This document shows positions 11,141 to 23,825 of a stretch of DNA of 64,000 bases, piece by piece. The position numbers and the translations under genes are program-made. Source of the DNA: the human T2T-CHM13v2.0 reference genome, Homo sapiens; assembly GCF_009914755.1 (NCBI RefSeq), contig NC_060926.1; one strand, written 5' to 3'. The notes under the pieces are model-generated. The model was not told the origin of the DNA and did not search any database. It was given only the letters and a program-made list of their open reading frames with translations. How positions within the stretch are numbered: position 1 is the first letter of the stretch; each line of letters opens with the position of its first letter.

Positions 11141-13329
11141 TAGTTTTAAAGATACTAGAGAGTAAAGACAGGTTATCTTCAAAGAAATATCAGATTGAAG
11201 TAGCCTTTTTATTGGCATCAACAGCTGCTAAAAGATGATGGAATAATATCTTAAAAGTGCTAGCGAAGGAAGAAGTCAATCTGTTGTTCTATCTTCAGCT
11301 GGCCCACAGCTGAGACCGCAGACAAAGGAAAGATAATTTCAGAAAAAGATTAAGAGTTAATTAAACACAGATCTTCACTGAAATAACAACTAAAGGATTA
11401 CTTCAGAAAAAAGAAGATAGAGACAGGAATGCAAGATGCAATTGTGTACCAAGAAAAGTATAAATACTTTGTTAAATCTAAACAGGTACAGATTCTAGAA
11501 AATAATGATAAACAGTGGGTAAAACCATGGTAGAACTAAATATTAGACTGTGGTAACACGAAAGATAGAAGCAAAAGTCAAAGCATTCTAAATTCTATAT
11601 CTCGTTTAGGAAGAGAATAGAAATATCAATTAATTTAAAATTTGTTCGAAAAATATGGCTATTAAAAATGCTAGAGAAACTACAAAAACAATAGAAATAC
11701 CATGTATAACTTCCACAGTGGAAGAGTCAAGGGAAGAAATATAAAATCTCGACATGGATACATAGTCATAGGGTGAATGTAAAAATCATGGACTGAAGGG
11801 ACACACGTCAAAATCATGACAGAGGTTGCCTCCAGTCAGGCTTGGAAAGCAGTTCAATGAAGATTTCAGCATTATTAATAGTGGTTTCATTGGAAAACAT
11901 AATCTAAGGCAAACAATCAAAGCAAAATGTTAACATTTATTTATACCTAGCAGTGAGATACTACTGTTTTTTCTATATCTTTCTATAAGTTAAATTTCTT
12001 TTTCAATTAAAAAGTTTTTAAAGGAAAGGGATACCAATCCAAAAGGATTTTGTGTTTGGTAAAGAGGTGATGGAGGAGGGAGTAGAGAGCTGGCCTCTGC
12101 TCCATCACCCCTGCTGTGCTGGAAGGGCGATGGCCAGTGGGAAGCATCTAGATGTCACAGGGAGAGGACAGGCTTGAAGAGCAGCCTGCTGATAGAAGAC
12201 TCCCAGGCCCCATGCCTACCATGCCTCGGTCTTTGCATCCGGTTGCTTTTATACAGAGCTCTAACCATGTGGATAGAACTTTCTACAACAGCTTGTGCTC
12301 ACCCTACATGAAACCATCCAGTCTCACAAGGCTCCTTGAAGGCACTTGCCTCAGACACCTGCAGGTGGCATTCAGGGACCCCCAAGAGCACACGCCAGTG
12401 TGGCAAACTCATTAGAGGCAAGGATTTGTTGGTATAGATGGAGGATGGTGTTGGAGAAAGGGGCCTATGCTATGTGCCATACATCTTTTCTATAAAGTAT
12501 CTCGTCTGATATGAGCCTCAAAAACAGCTCTTTAAGATGAGTATTATTGTCTTCACAGAGATTACTACTTTTCCTGTGGCCACTCACCTGGTAAATTGCA
12601 AAGTTGGACCTGCCACACAAGAAAAAGGCAGTTATCTCTTGAAGAGGGCAGAGGACAGCCCTCATCCCCACCCCATCTCCTCTAAGGCCCCCAACACCAC
12701 TGTTAGACCTTGCCCATCTTCCCTCCACCCCCCAAACCTCTGCCCTCTACCCTTGTCACTGAGACACCCCCTGCCACTCAAGGCCACGGAGCCTGCAGGC
12801 CCAAGTCTTCAAGGTTGGGTTGCACAACTCTGCCCAGGGTAAGGCCACCGGCCCTTCACCAGCTGCGTTCACCTGCAGCCACCAAGCTGCCAGAGTTAAC
12901 TTGCAATTTACCCAGCCTAGGAGTACAGTGTAAAATGCAAGGCAAGGGGGTCCCCACATTTATCTCCACAATGTGAAAAGAAGTATCAAAAGATGAAGAG
13001 ATAAGAACTAACATTTGTGGAATGTATGCTTTGTGCATTGTATGGGCTGCTTCGCATATATTTTCTCATTTAATTTTCCCAACAAGGCACAAATATCATT
13101 AGCTGCACTTTAGATGTGGAAGGGAGAGAAAGTGCCTTCTCTGAACGTATGAGTTGTTTCTCTTATGGAAAAAGATTGAGGGATAGACCCCCAGGATCCT
13201 AAACACATGACTCCTACCCTCCTTATAGCTACCCCCAAAAAGTTCTCCAAGGTTATAAAATGCCCCAGGATGATGACAACAATAACAGTAACAACAACAT
13301 AACAGTAAATATTTAGTGAGCGCTGAACA

Positions 13330-13500
13330 TGTACCATTCATTATACCATGCCTATAAACACAATGATAACCCCCATTTCACAGAAAAAAAAAACTGGAGA
13401 TTTATAGGGGTTATGAAATTTTCCCAAATTGAAGCCCATAGAATGACAGAGTTGAAACTGCAACCTACGTAATTTGACTTTAGAACCCAAAAGTGTGACC
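13330..13500 (-). mobile_element. MIR
   Basis: ccccatttcacagaaaaaaaaaactggag core. Confidence 0.6.
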
Positions 13501-13529
13501 ACCAGATTAATTAGGGTTGGATCCCATGT

Positions 13530-13770
13530 GACAGAAAAACCTAACAGTGACTTAAATAAGACAGAAGTTTCTTTCTTTCTGAATTAAAATAATGCTAGAA
13601 GCTGATGATCTAGGGCTATTTGGCAGTTTCTCAATCCTCTGGATCCAGCTTATCACTCTGTCTAATGTATGTACCTCATCCTCCTGTTCTAAGATGGATG
13701 CTAGAGTACCAGCCATCACAACTGCATTAGCAAGATAGAGAAAAAGACAAGTGATCAAACATTACCTGTC
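13530..13770 (-). mobile_element. MLT1-type LTR fragment
   Basis: aacagtgacttaaataagacagaagtttctttct...aagatggatgctagagtaccagccatcaca. Confidence 0.55.
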
Positions 13771-14078
13771 TTCTAAGGAGGTTCCCTAAAAACCACCAGT
13801 GCTAGGCAAAGAAAAACTTTATTCTAGCTGGGCCTTTGTCCCCACACTCTTATCTCGGTGAGCTGGGCTCGACCAAGTATGAACCCAGGACAGACAGGCC
13901 TCAGGCCTAGATTAGGACAAAACAGGCCAATGATCTCACTGTCCCCTTTCCACGAGACCTATATCTTGCCACAGATGCAACAAGGGAAAATAAACAAGTT
14001 TCTAGAAGGGATGGGAAACAGAGAGGAAATGGACCTAACTCAGGGGCCCAGCAAACATCTCCTCCCTCTCCCACAGTG

Positions 14079-14218
14079 TTTTTTGTTTTTGTCTTTTTTT
14101 AACAGATGAAGTCTCACTGGGTTGCCCAGGCTGGCCTCGAACTCTTGGGCCCAAGGAATTCTCCCACCTCAGCTTCCTGAGTAGCTGGGACTACAGGCTT
14201 GTGCCACCATGCCCAGCT
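14079..14218 (-). mobile_element. FLAM_C/Alu monomer
   Basis: gtctcactgggttgcccaggctggcctcgaactcttggg...ccaccatgcccagc. Confidence 0.9.
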
Positions 14219-17200
14219 ACCCCCAAGTGTTAAATATGTCTTTTACTAAAGGTGGGAAGACTTTGGGATTTGAACCACGGTTGACTGACCCCAAATCCGA
14301 TGTTCTTTCCAGTATACCACATCATCTTTTTTTTTTTTTAATCAACATTATCCTCCAGTAGTTATTCAAATAAATACAGGGGCCCATGAGGTCAAGTGGC
14401 ACAGATGTTTCCAGAGCTAGGGAACTGCTCCCAGGGCCCCTGCCACCCAAGCCAAGAGCCACTCTGCATGGCAATGAGAGCTCATGTCCTGAGTCACTCA
14501 GTGATGGAGGGAAGCCTGTAGGACTTGATAGACAAGGATCACTTCACGATGAGTCACATTTGATCCTCACTTGGGCCATGAGAAGAGGGGGACTGCTGAA
14601 GTGGGTTTTCTAATTCACTGATGTCTGCATTTTCCTATTAACTATATCCTGTGACAGCACAACAGCCCACAAAATGATGGCAACTTCTTTTTACTCTATA
14701 AGGGGCTTGCTTCCTCCTGCCCCAAGATCTTTTCCTGCCAGAGACAGTGAAGCAGGTTGTTTGGACCTCATCACTTGACCTCACGGACATTTGTCCCAGA
14801 AAGACATTCGAGCTCACACCTAGTAAAGATGCCCTTCAGGTTTCGTCTTTCCTTCTGTCATTCTACATCATAGCCCCCTACAAAATGTCCTATGGCCAAT
14901 ACGATAATTGGTATGAAAGTCAATTCTTTTTTTTTTTCTGTAATAAAACGTAACTGCTCAATGAATCTTCTCTTCCTATAACATTTACACAAAGCTGAGT
15001 TGATTCAGGTAGAAATAATTCCAATAAAATGAAAATGGGAAAAAAAAAAGAAATGTTCTAATGGTATCATTAGAACAACATTAGAAGAAGTAAAAAGCAC
15101 ACTGGTCCCTTTAGAGGAGGCAAAACTTATCCTAGCACTTACCTCTAAAGGAAGTTTCTCACATGGAAGTTCCATGTTCACCTCTAGTGCTTTCGAGTCA
15201 CCAGCTTCTTTGTGAATGTGATAAAATCTGTTAACCCATTCCCCAGAAAAAAGCACACACAACAATCCAACTACATTTTTCAATTTCTAGAAATTCACAG
15301 GCTCCAGAAACCCATCCATAAATCCCAAGTTAAGAATCCCAATCTAGATTACGTGTATGAGAGGTACACTTGCCTCAAACCGTTTCCAGGTGAGAAGGAG
15401 GCAGAGAAGGGACTAAGGACTGATGGGGAACAACGTTGGCAGGAATTCCTGAGAAGTGTCTGTGTTGAAATGGGAGCCATCATATGCCTTTAAGCCTTGC
15501 CAAACATTCACAATTAGAAATGTATAAACTCTTTCAATGTTTAGTTCTCTCCCTCCTCTGCTTTTTAAATTAAAGACCTATTTTAATATAGCGAACTAAT
15601 ACCAAGGGCTGGTGACAAAGGGAACTTTACCTTGACGCCGATTATTCTTACAGGCTTAGAGTTGGGGTATGAACCACCAAGAAAGCGAGCCTAGAAGTAC
15701 TGGGCTGCAGGCAAGATGACAAAGACTGAGAATCAAAGCACTCTAATCCTCTGAGTTCATGAACCCCTGGTACGAGGAATGAGAAGGTGCTTGGCTATCA
15801 GACAGACATGCATGTGGATATCACTTACTGCCTCCATGATTTCAGCAAGTCATTCCATCTAAGTCATGTGCTCAGTGTCTGGCACATTGTAGATACCAAA
15901 TAAACAAGGGTTCCCTTAGAGAATTGACACGCCTACTGATGCAATTACCTCAGTGCCCCGGGGCGATAAGGAGGCAGAATGCCCATCCTTGGGGTTCTCA
16001 AGGGTGTGCTTTGAGATTCATTAGATGCAGGGGGTTGGGGGGCAAGGTAGAAATCTCAGACTCACTCATAAAGACACAGAACCCAGCAGCACAGCTGAGA
16101 ACCGCTCTCTGAGGAGAAATTCAAGGCTGAAATGGAGGCAGTGCTTTTGTGGAAAAGGGTGAAAGAAAAGATTTTTAAATAGCCATCAAAGATGGAACAG
16201 ACAGCACCAAAGACAAGGCATGGTGCCTGGGGAAGGGTTAGAGGTGATGCTGCTATTGACATTTCGACCAAAGAACAATTCCTGAGTCCCATCTCCACTG
16301 CCAGGAGTCAAACCAAGTTCTGCCTGGGGGTTCTAGAGACCTCTTCAACCCACCCTTCCTCATGCCCGGTCTCACCATCCAGAAGCAGCGGTAGCTGGCT
16401 CTGCCTACCCTCAAGGATAGCAACTACCACCCAAAGTGAAATAGGTCAGCCCAGCCTTTTCCCCATATGAAATTATTTCCAGAAAGAAAAATCTGCCAAG
16501 AGACAAGTGCTGCCAAAAGTAGGGAGAAGAGATGGTGTGTTGGAGCCACATGGGACACTTCTGACACTGCCCATACCCAAAAGATAACAGAGGAATCATA
16601 TGCATGAGGAAGGGACATCTTCCTTCACAGTCTCCATCCCCAGACATTTATTTGGAGAGAGCATGTCTCTGTCCTCTAGAACCGAAAGGTGCTGTACTGG
16701 TCTTGCCGGTCTTCCTGAGAGGAGCCACGCAGAGACAAGCCTCTCCCCAGTTCCACCCCTCCTCCTTTGGGCACCCCTTCTCCCCACACATCAAATTAGC
16801 CTGAGAGACCAATCCAGAATACAAGGAAAGGAATGCAGGCAGGGAATCTCAGAGCCTCTCCCCGCCGAGCTTATCTCCCTTCTCCGCCACCCGCCATCTC
16901 AGGCTTGCTCCCCCTTGGTGGAGTTCAAGGCAGGCTTATTTCCTCCAAGGTTGTCACAGACCAATTTTCTAAACTGCATGAAAACAGAAAACAAACAGAA
17001 AACCAAACCTACCAAAGCTCAAGTCTCAAGAACAGCTTGGCAGGCCTGAGCAACGTGCTAACAATTTCATGCTGTTTTAAGAGTTTCTAACTAAGCAACG
17101 TGTACCAATAACCAGATGTGCCCCAACACTGGAAGAGGAGAACATGGGCTTCTAGGGACAGAGATTTAGAAAACAGGAAAATACTCATCAAGAAACACAG

Positions 17201-18714
17201 CTTCCAAGCATGCTGGGCCTGGGGTTAGAAGGGAGGCTGTCTCCATTGGCCTGGACATGCCAAACTCACACTCATTCAGTTAAGTTGCAGATATTTTGAT
17301 CAATGCCTGCTTTGTGCAAGTCACTATGCTGGGTACTTGGGATACCAAATAGATGCTCAGAGCCTGTGCAGGACAAAGTCAAGGGAATAAATATAATCAC
17401 AACACAATGTTATGCTCTGAAATGGAGAAGAGAAGCCCAGGAGAAAAGGGCTGATTCAGGGTGCTTCTTAGAGAAAATTTGATTTCATTTCTTTCAATAT
17501 ATACATGGAACACTTATTATATGCTTAGGATACAGAAGGGAAAAGTCAGGCATAATTCCATCTAATAGGGAAAGCAGTAGTCATCAAATAAGTGAATAAG
17601 AACTGCAGACTGTGCTTGCAGCTGGTGACTTGAGTATTTACTCAGCACCCACTGCATGCAGGCCACTGGAGCTGGGCTCAGCATAAATGCTCACCAGCCA
17701 AGAGCCATACAACGTCTGAAGAAAGCCAGACCCACCTCTTGTTTACAGGCATATTATGGCTTGTGAATGGGTCTAAATTTCCCCATGAGATGAATCATCT
17801 CCAGGTCTCTGTCACCAGGGCCCCCACCCAACTCTGAGATGACCACCGACCACTGAGGCCGGCAGAGGCCAGAGCCCTGGGCTGTAAGCTGCCCCGTGGG
17901 ACCGTCCCCCATAGAGTGGGGTGAGGGGTAACCCAGGACAGAAGGGTCCTTTAGACTTATATCCCATTAGTTTATCTTACCACCTGCTTGCAGTACACAA
18001 CAATATTTTTTAAAGCCTTGAAATTATTGTGAAGTAACATTCATATTGCATTTGAGGTTTAAACTTGTTAACTTGATAAATATAAACATGTAAGTTATAA
18101 CACAATTTTGTAATGTAACACTCTATTTTGGCAATTCTTCTTTTTTTAAATATACTTGGAAGTAAAAAATAAAAAGTAGCTAGCCTGGGTTGGCCTCTCC
18201 TGGCCTGAGAGGTCGCTCCAAGTCAGGAGTCCTCCTATGCCTCAGGAAGTCCCTGGTTCCTAGCAAAAAGTCCATTAGCTCAGGCTTAATGCTATCCTAA
18301 AGCCAGTGGCCTTCTTTATGAGGGCTGTTTTTGTCACCTGTTAACTTGTTTATTGCACCAGTAGTAGAGTGGGGAGGGGAGGATGGGCATGAAGGTCACA
18401 AGTAGGTGGCAATTGCACACCTCAGGCCTGAGCCTCTCCTTGGTCATTATTTTCCCAGAATGACCTCTGGGTGGATAGAGGCTGAGGGTACAAAGCCCTC
18501 CTTGAACTAACACATGACAAGCCAGCACAAAAGAACTGCAAACAGGCCCCTAATTAATGGGTTTGCTTAGAGCTGTTTCCCTGTTTAGGGACTTCATCCC
18601 AATAATTGCAGGCTCCATAATCATTAATCAGTCACCACTACTTTTCTGGGTGCCGACCACAAGCCCAGCCCTGTTCCAACAACCATGAGGAGACAAGAGC
18701 AGAGAACAGGAACT

Positions 18715-18940
18715 CAGATTTATTAAGTGCCTGCCCTACGCTAGGCACTGTGCCAGGGGCTTAGTTTGCATAAGCTCGTAAATCCTCACAATGATCTGGA
18801 GAGGAAAGCATTATTATCCCCCTTGTACAGATGAGGAAACTGAGTCTCAAAAAAATTAACTAGCTCAAAGTCATCAGCTTGTAAGTGAGAAGCACAGTTT
18901 GAACCTGGGTCAGGCCAACTCACAAGACTTGGTTCTTGCA
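18715..18940 (-). mobile_element. MIR
   Basis: atcctcacaa...attattatccccc...acagatgaggaaactgag. Confidence 0.85.
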
Positions 18941-18962
18941 CTCTGGAAGGTAAGAGACTAAC

Positions 18963-19331
18963 TGTATTAGTCTGTTCTCATCCTGTTATAAAGAACTGCC
19001 CAAGACTGGGTAATTTATAAAGGAAGAAGTCTAATTGAGTCACAGTTCCACTGGGCTGGGAGGCCTCAGGAAACTTACAAACATGGCAGAAGAGGAAGCA
19101 AACATGTCCTCCTTCACATGGCGGCAGGAAGGAGAAGTGCCAAAGCAAAGGGGGAAAAGCCCCTTATAAAACCATCAGATCTCGTGAGAACTCATTATCC
19201 TGAGAACAGCATGGGGGTAACCACCCCCATTATTTAATTACCTCCCACCGGGTCCCTCCCATAACATGTGGGGATAATGGGAGCTACAATTCAAGATGAG
19301 ATTTGGGTGGGGACACAGCCAAACCATATCA
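18963..19331 (-). mobile_element. THE1 (B/C-like) solo LTR
   Basis: tgtattagtctgttctca...ggggacacagccaaaccatatca; TG...CA termini. Confidence 0.95.
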
Positions 19332-19629
19332 CTGTTCAAAAATGACACAAAGGGACAACAGCTCAAGCCGGGTTGTGCAAGCACACTCTCTGGACCACAG
19401 GAGCCTAGAGAGGGCAGGGGACAACAGGGCTGAGGTCCCAAGAGAAGACTTCTCAAAGGAAAGGCAGCACACACTAGGCTCTGAACGGTGGAGAGGATGG
19501 CACACATTTAATAAACTGTGCTCAGCACTTTCTCCAACCACTAAGTTCAGGTTTGGAAATGACTGTGGAATTTGTGCCTCACTTGGGGCCAATAAACATT
19601 TAGTAAAATGTCCAAGGAGGACATGTAGA

Positions 19630-19631
<2 letters not shown>

Positions 19632-19680
<49 letters not shown>
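19632..19680. repeat. (CA)n microsatellite, about 24 units
   Basis: uninterrupted AC run. Confidence 0.98.
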
Positions 19681-19683
<3 letters not shown>

Positions 19684-21629
19684 GATCCACCTCGGCAGCT
19701 CCAGATAGCGCCTGGAACTGGCACAATGAGAAAGGACTTCAGCAGGCAGCAAGTTACTGGCATCAGACACCAGCAGGGATTAGGGCGAGGGCCAAACTGA
19801 GAGGAGGAGATGTGGAGCCAGCGGGTCCTGTGACCACCCTGGACCTGGAAGGCTGGCAGCTCCCTGGGAAAGTCTCATCCAAGTGCCCAATTTAGACCTT
19901 GCCCCAGAACTTGAGAAATGCCAGGTAAGAGGAAAGGAGCCAGGAAATGATGATGAAGAGCAGGGACTTAACGAGAACTGGACCCTCTCTCCTTTCCCAG
20001 TCATTCCAGCCACACCCCCAGCTCTGAGCTCCCACTTCTCGACCCCCTAAACACACACTAGTTGGGTATTCAGACCCCTCAGCTTCACGGGAAGTAATGC
20101 ATACATCACAATCCTGTCAGGATTCACCTATCAGTCTCTCCTGGGTGCTGGCTCTGTCCACATGAATGTCTCCACCAGGCAGAGACTCAGGGCCCTCAGG
20201 CCAAGCTTGGGCCTGGTTAGAGGTAAACATATGAGAGCCAGCCAAGATCTGGCCAAAGGGGCTCATGCCAGCCCAGCCCCAACTGCGGTATATGTGCCGG
20301 CCTGGAGGAATCCCACAGGACAAGCTGTTCTTTCCTAGAGCTGGGATAAGGAAGTGAGCCTGACCCCAGGGGTCACCCAAGCCCATCTTCCATGACTCAC
20401 AGGGCCTAACACATTGTCTGTATGACAGTCCACAGCACATTGACTTTGCCAATAGGCTGTGACTCTGGATTAGGTTCCAGAGTGAACTGCTGGCCTGGAG
20501 GCCCAAGTCAGCTCTTTTTCACCAGTGAGGCCGCCCAGCCTTCTGGAAAAGAGCATTGTGGTCCTGGAGAAAAGGCATGGAGGTCTGGGCCCTGGCTGAG
20601 AACCTACAAGCTAAACCCCAAAGAGTCAGCAAGGCCCAGACCCATTACCAGTCAGGATGCCTCACCTGGAGACCCATCTCTCACTCAGATGCCCCAGCCC
20701 TAAGCAAAATCTGCATGAGAACCAACCCTCTTGGACTAGGGGACCCTGCAAATAAGAGTCGAGGAGGCCTGTCCTGTCCTGGAGCTGTCCCTGCCTTCAC
20801 CTGGCTTCTCTCCCAATCTTCCACAGAGCCTCTCACTGTTCCTGACCTAAATGAAGTGGCCAGAGAGGCAAAAGGCCCATTTATCATTTTAATTAACCAC
20901 CAGATACCGACGTTCTCTGGAGAGCCCTCCCACACCACATCTAGGCTGCCTGTGGGAGAAGATGTTCTGGAAAGACCATCAGGAAGGAGGCACGGGAAGA
21001 CAGAAAACAGAGAAGGAGACAGAAGAGCCTGGATTTCCCGAGCTAGAATCCCAGAAGGAACACAAAAACCAAGTCTGTGACCTTCATTTAAACGGCAGCA
21101 CTGTATTATTCTGGGAAGACGGTAGTGTCAGGAGGGAAGTGGGGAGGACTTCCAACAGTAGATATTCTAAGTGAGAGCTCCCCTGGGAGGCCTGCCAGCT
21201 CTCCCAAGCCTCACCATGCCTGCGGGGCCTGACCAGCAGAGGAGCCTCACGAAGGGGTCACTCACCCTCTAGAACATCCAGAGAAAATTGGCCATGGCTC
21301 CAGAACCTGGCCCAGCCCATTTTCCAGCCTTCACGTGCCCTCCTGAGCTTTTCTTAAGGCTAATTGGTTCGGATACTGCTTCAGGACACACAAGCACCAG
21401 CTTAGACCTTTAGAAGGATAGGCTGGAGGGACAAGCCAAGGGTACCCTTCCTGATCATCCTGCGTCTGGCTGCACATCCCCAGCTAAGTAACCAGCAGTG
21501 GTGACCTCTCCCTCCCTCCTTCTCTCATCTTGCACTTCTCTCTGGCTGCAGCTGTGCATCTCTTGCTGGCAGCTGGCTCTTCCCCACTCTCTGCCTCCCT
21601 TTCTCCAAGCCCCTTCACACTCTGAAGCC

Positions 21630-22074
21630 TGTGAACCCAGAAAATCTGAGACAGGTCTCAGTTAATTTAGAAAGTTTATTTTGCCAAGGTTGAGGACGCG
21701 CCTGTGACACAGCCTCAGAAGTCCTGACGACATGTGCCCAAGGTGATCAGGGCACAGCCGGGTTTTATACATTTTAGGGAGGCATGAGACAGCAATCGAC
21801 ATATGTAAGAAGTACATTGGTTTGGTCTGGAAAGGCGGGACAACTAGAAGCAAAGGCTGGAAGACTCTTCCAGGTCACAGATAGGTGATACACAAATGGT
21901 TACATTCTTTTGAGTTTCTGATTAGCCTTTCCAAAGTAGGCAAATCAGATATGCATCTATCTCAGTGAGCAGAGGAGTGACTTTGAATAGAATGGGAGGC
22001 AGGTTTGCCCTAAGCAGTTTCCAGCTTGAGTTTTCCTCAGTGATTCTGGGGGCCCAAGATATTTTCCTTTCACA
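21630..22074 (-). mobile_element. ERV1 solo LTR (MER4A/MER4A1-like)
   Basis: tgtgaacccagaaaatctgagacaggtctcag...gatattttcctttcaca; 4-bp TSD AGCC at 21626-21629 and 22075-22078. Confidence 0.88.
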
Positions 22075-22298
22075 AGCCAGCAGGGAATGAGCTGTTCTGA
22101 GTTGAACAGAACGGGAAACTGCACTTTTGACTCTGAATGTATTTCAATGGAGCAGCCTCTGCTGAAAGCCGGGCTCAGACACTGAACAGCCGCTTCAGGG
22201 AGATGCAATGGTTGCAACTTGTGAACCGTGCTTTCCTTTCCACCGCCTTTTCTCTACATTTGTCTGATTCACCAGCAGCTCAACACGTTGCCTCCAGC

Positions 22299-22356
22299 CC
22301 AATTCCCTCTGAAGAAAGTATGCAGATGATTCATCTTCTCTGAAAAAACTACCCAT
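22299..22356 (+). repeat. 58-bp dispersed direct repeat, copy A
   Basis: 57/58 identical to 27671-27728. Confidence 0.97.
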
Positions 22357-22469
22357 CCCAGGGTAGTGCCCAGCCTCCTTTCTCTTGGGCATATACAGCC
22401 TAAATTCCCCGGCATCCCAGGGTAGTGCCAGCCTCCTTTCTCTTGGACATATACAGCCTAAACTCGGCA
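22354..22469 (+). repeat. ~59-bp tandem duplication
   Basis: catcccagggtagtgcc(c)agcctcctttctcttgg(g/a)catatacagcctaaa at 22354 and 22413. Confidence 0.97.
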
Positions 22470-22684
22470 AGCAACAACAGGAGAGGAGGGTATTCTAGAG
22501 GAACTCCCAGAAACCACCTCATCACCAAGGACTGCAGGTGAGCCCGGCAGAGTGAAGTTCAAGGACATTGTCCATAGGCACGGAGTCACACACGTGCACA
22601 CACACTGGGGCTAGTTTGGGGACCCTGAGCAACACCTGTAGAACACAGGTGAAGTCCATGGGTAGCTATTAGAATCCTGTTCTC

Positions 22685-22980
22685 AGCAGGGCACGGTGGC
22701 TCACACCTGTAATCCCAGCACTTTGGGAAGCCAAGGCAGGCAGATCACCTGAGGTCAGGAGTTCAAGACCAGCCTGGCCAACATGGCAAAACCCCGTCTC
22801 TACTAAAAATACAAAAAATTAGTCAGGCGTGGTGGCAGGCACCTGTAATCCTAGCTACTCGGGAGGCTTAGGCAAGAGAATCACTTGAACTCAGGAGGCA
22901 GAAGTTGCAGTGAGCCAAGATCACAACAGTACACTCCAGCCTGGGCGACAGAGCGAGACTCCGTTTCAAAAAAAAAAAAA
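22685..22980 (+). mobile_element. Alu (AluS-type)
   Basis: full dimer, A tail, flanking agaatcctgttc direct repeats. Confidence 0.95.
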
Positions 22981-23145
22981 TCCTGTTAGAATCCTGTTCC
23001 CTGTTCTACCTGGGAACAGGACTCTAACAATCACCCATAGACATAACATCACCCCAAGACGGCAAGAGCCAGCTCAAGGCCTGGAGAAAGCCCCACTCAC
23101 AGGGCAGATTTTTTAACACTGAGAATTTAGGGTTGTGTATGGAAG

Positions 23146-23327
23146 AGGGTTGTCAGATAAAATACAGGATACCAGGATAAAACTGAATTTCAGATAAACA
23201 AATAATTTTTCTAGAATAAGTACGTCTCAAATATTACATGAGTCATACTTATGCTAAAAATTATTTACCTGAAATTTGAATGTAACTGGGTGCTATGGGT
23301 TTTTATTTGCTAAATCCAGCAATTCTA
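23146..23327 (+). mobile_element. MER53 palindromic DNA element
   Basis: agggttgtcagataaaatacagga...catacttatgctaaaaa...tttatttgctaaatccagcaattcta. Confidence 0.85.
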
Positions 23328-23825
23328 TAACTACTCGACTCCACAGTCATGTTAGAAATGATGACAGTATCACAGAGTAAATAGAACAAGAAAATTGCAA
23401 TCAGCTCACCTTTTGCTTATCCCTCGGGGTCTTTCTCTGGGTCCCGGTGCACCCAAATTCTCCACCATAACCTCTCTTGCCTCCATCCCACCTGACCCCT
23501 TAGCTGCTCAGAGATCCTGTGGCCCCAGGTGTAGGCCAGTGCTTTTATCTCTTAACTCAGCTGCATTGAGGTTGAATTTTTCAAAAGGAACTTTATTAGA
23601 AAACTAGAGGAGCATATAAATATCTGAATTCATAAAAAAAAAAAAAAAGAATCGTAGTTATCACATGTAAGGAGATCAAATATCAAAGCCCTGGAAACTA
23701 AGTCTAGCCATGGCCTGCTCATTCTTTTTCTCCAACTGTTACTGGATCCACTGACTTGCAGTGAGGGTTTTTAAGCTGGTTGTACCTTCAGTGAAGCTGA
23801 ACCAACATTCTGGAAGGGAGGCTCC

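Larger units (their letters stand above)
9850..12020 (+). mobile_element. degraded L1M fragments (including ORF1 region) interrupted by two Alus
   Basis: A-rich; gaaatatttgaagagaagatggctaagaattttccagatttg reads EIFEEKMAKNFPDL, an L1 ORF1p-like motif. Confidence 0.7.

Noticed and set aside
19303-19800. ORFs with HTHT/CVCV runs (also at 30793-31149, 47168, 55498)
   Set aside because: Reading frames held open by (CA)n microsatellites.
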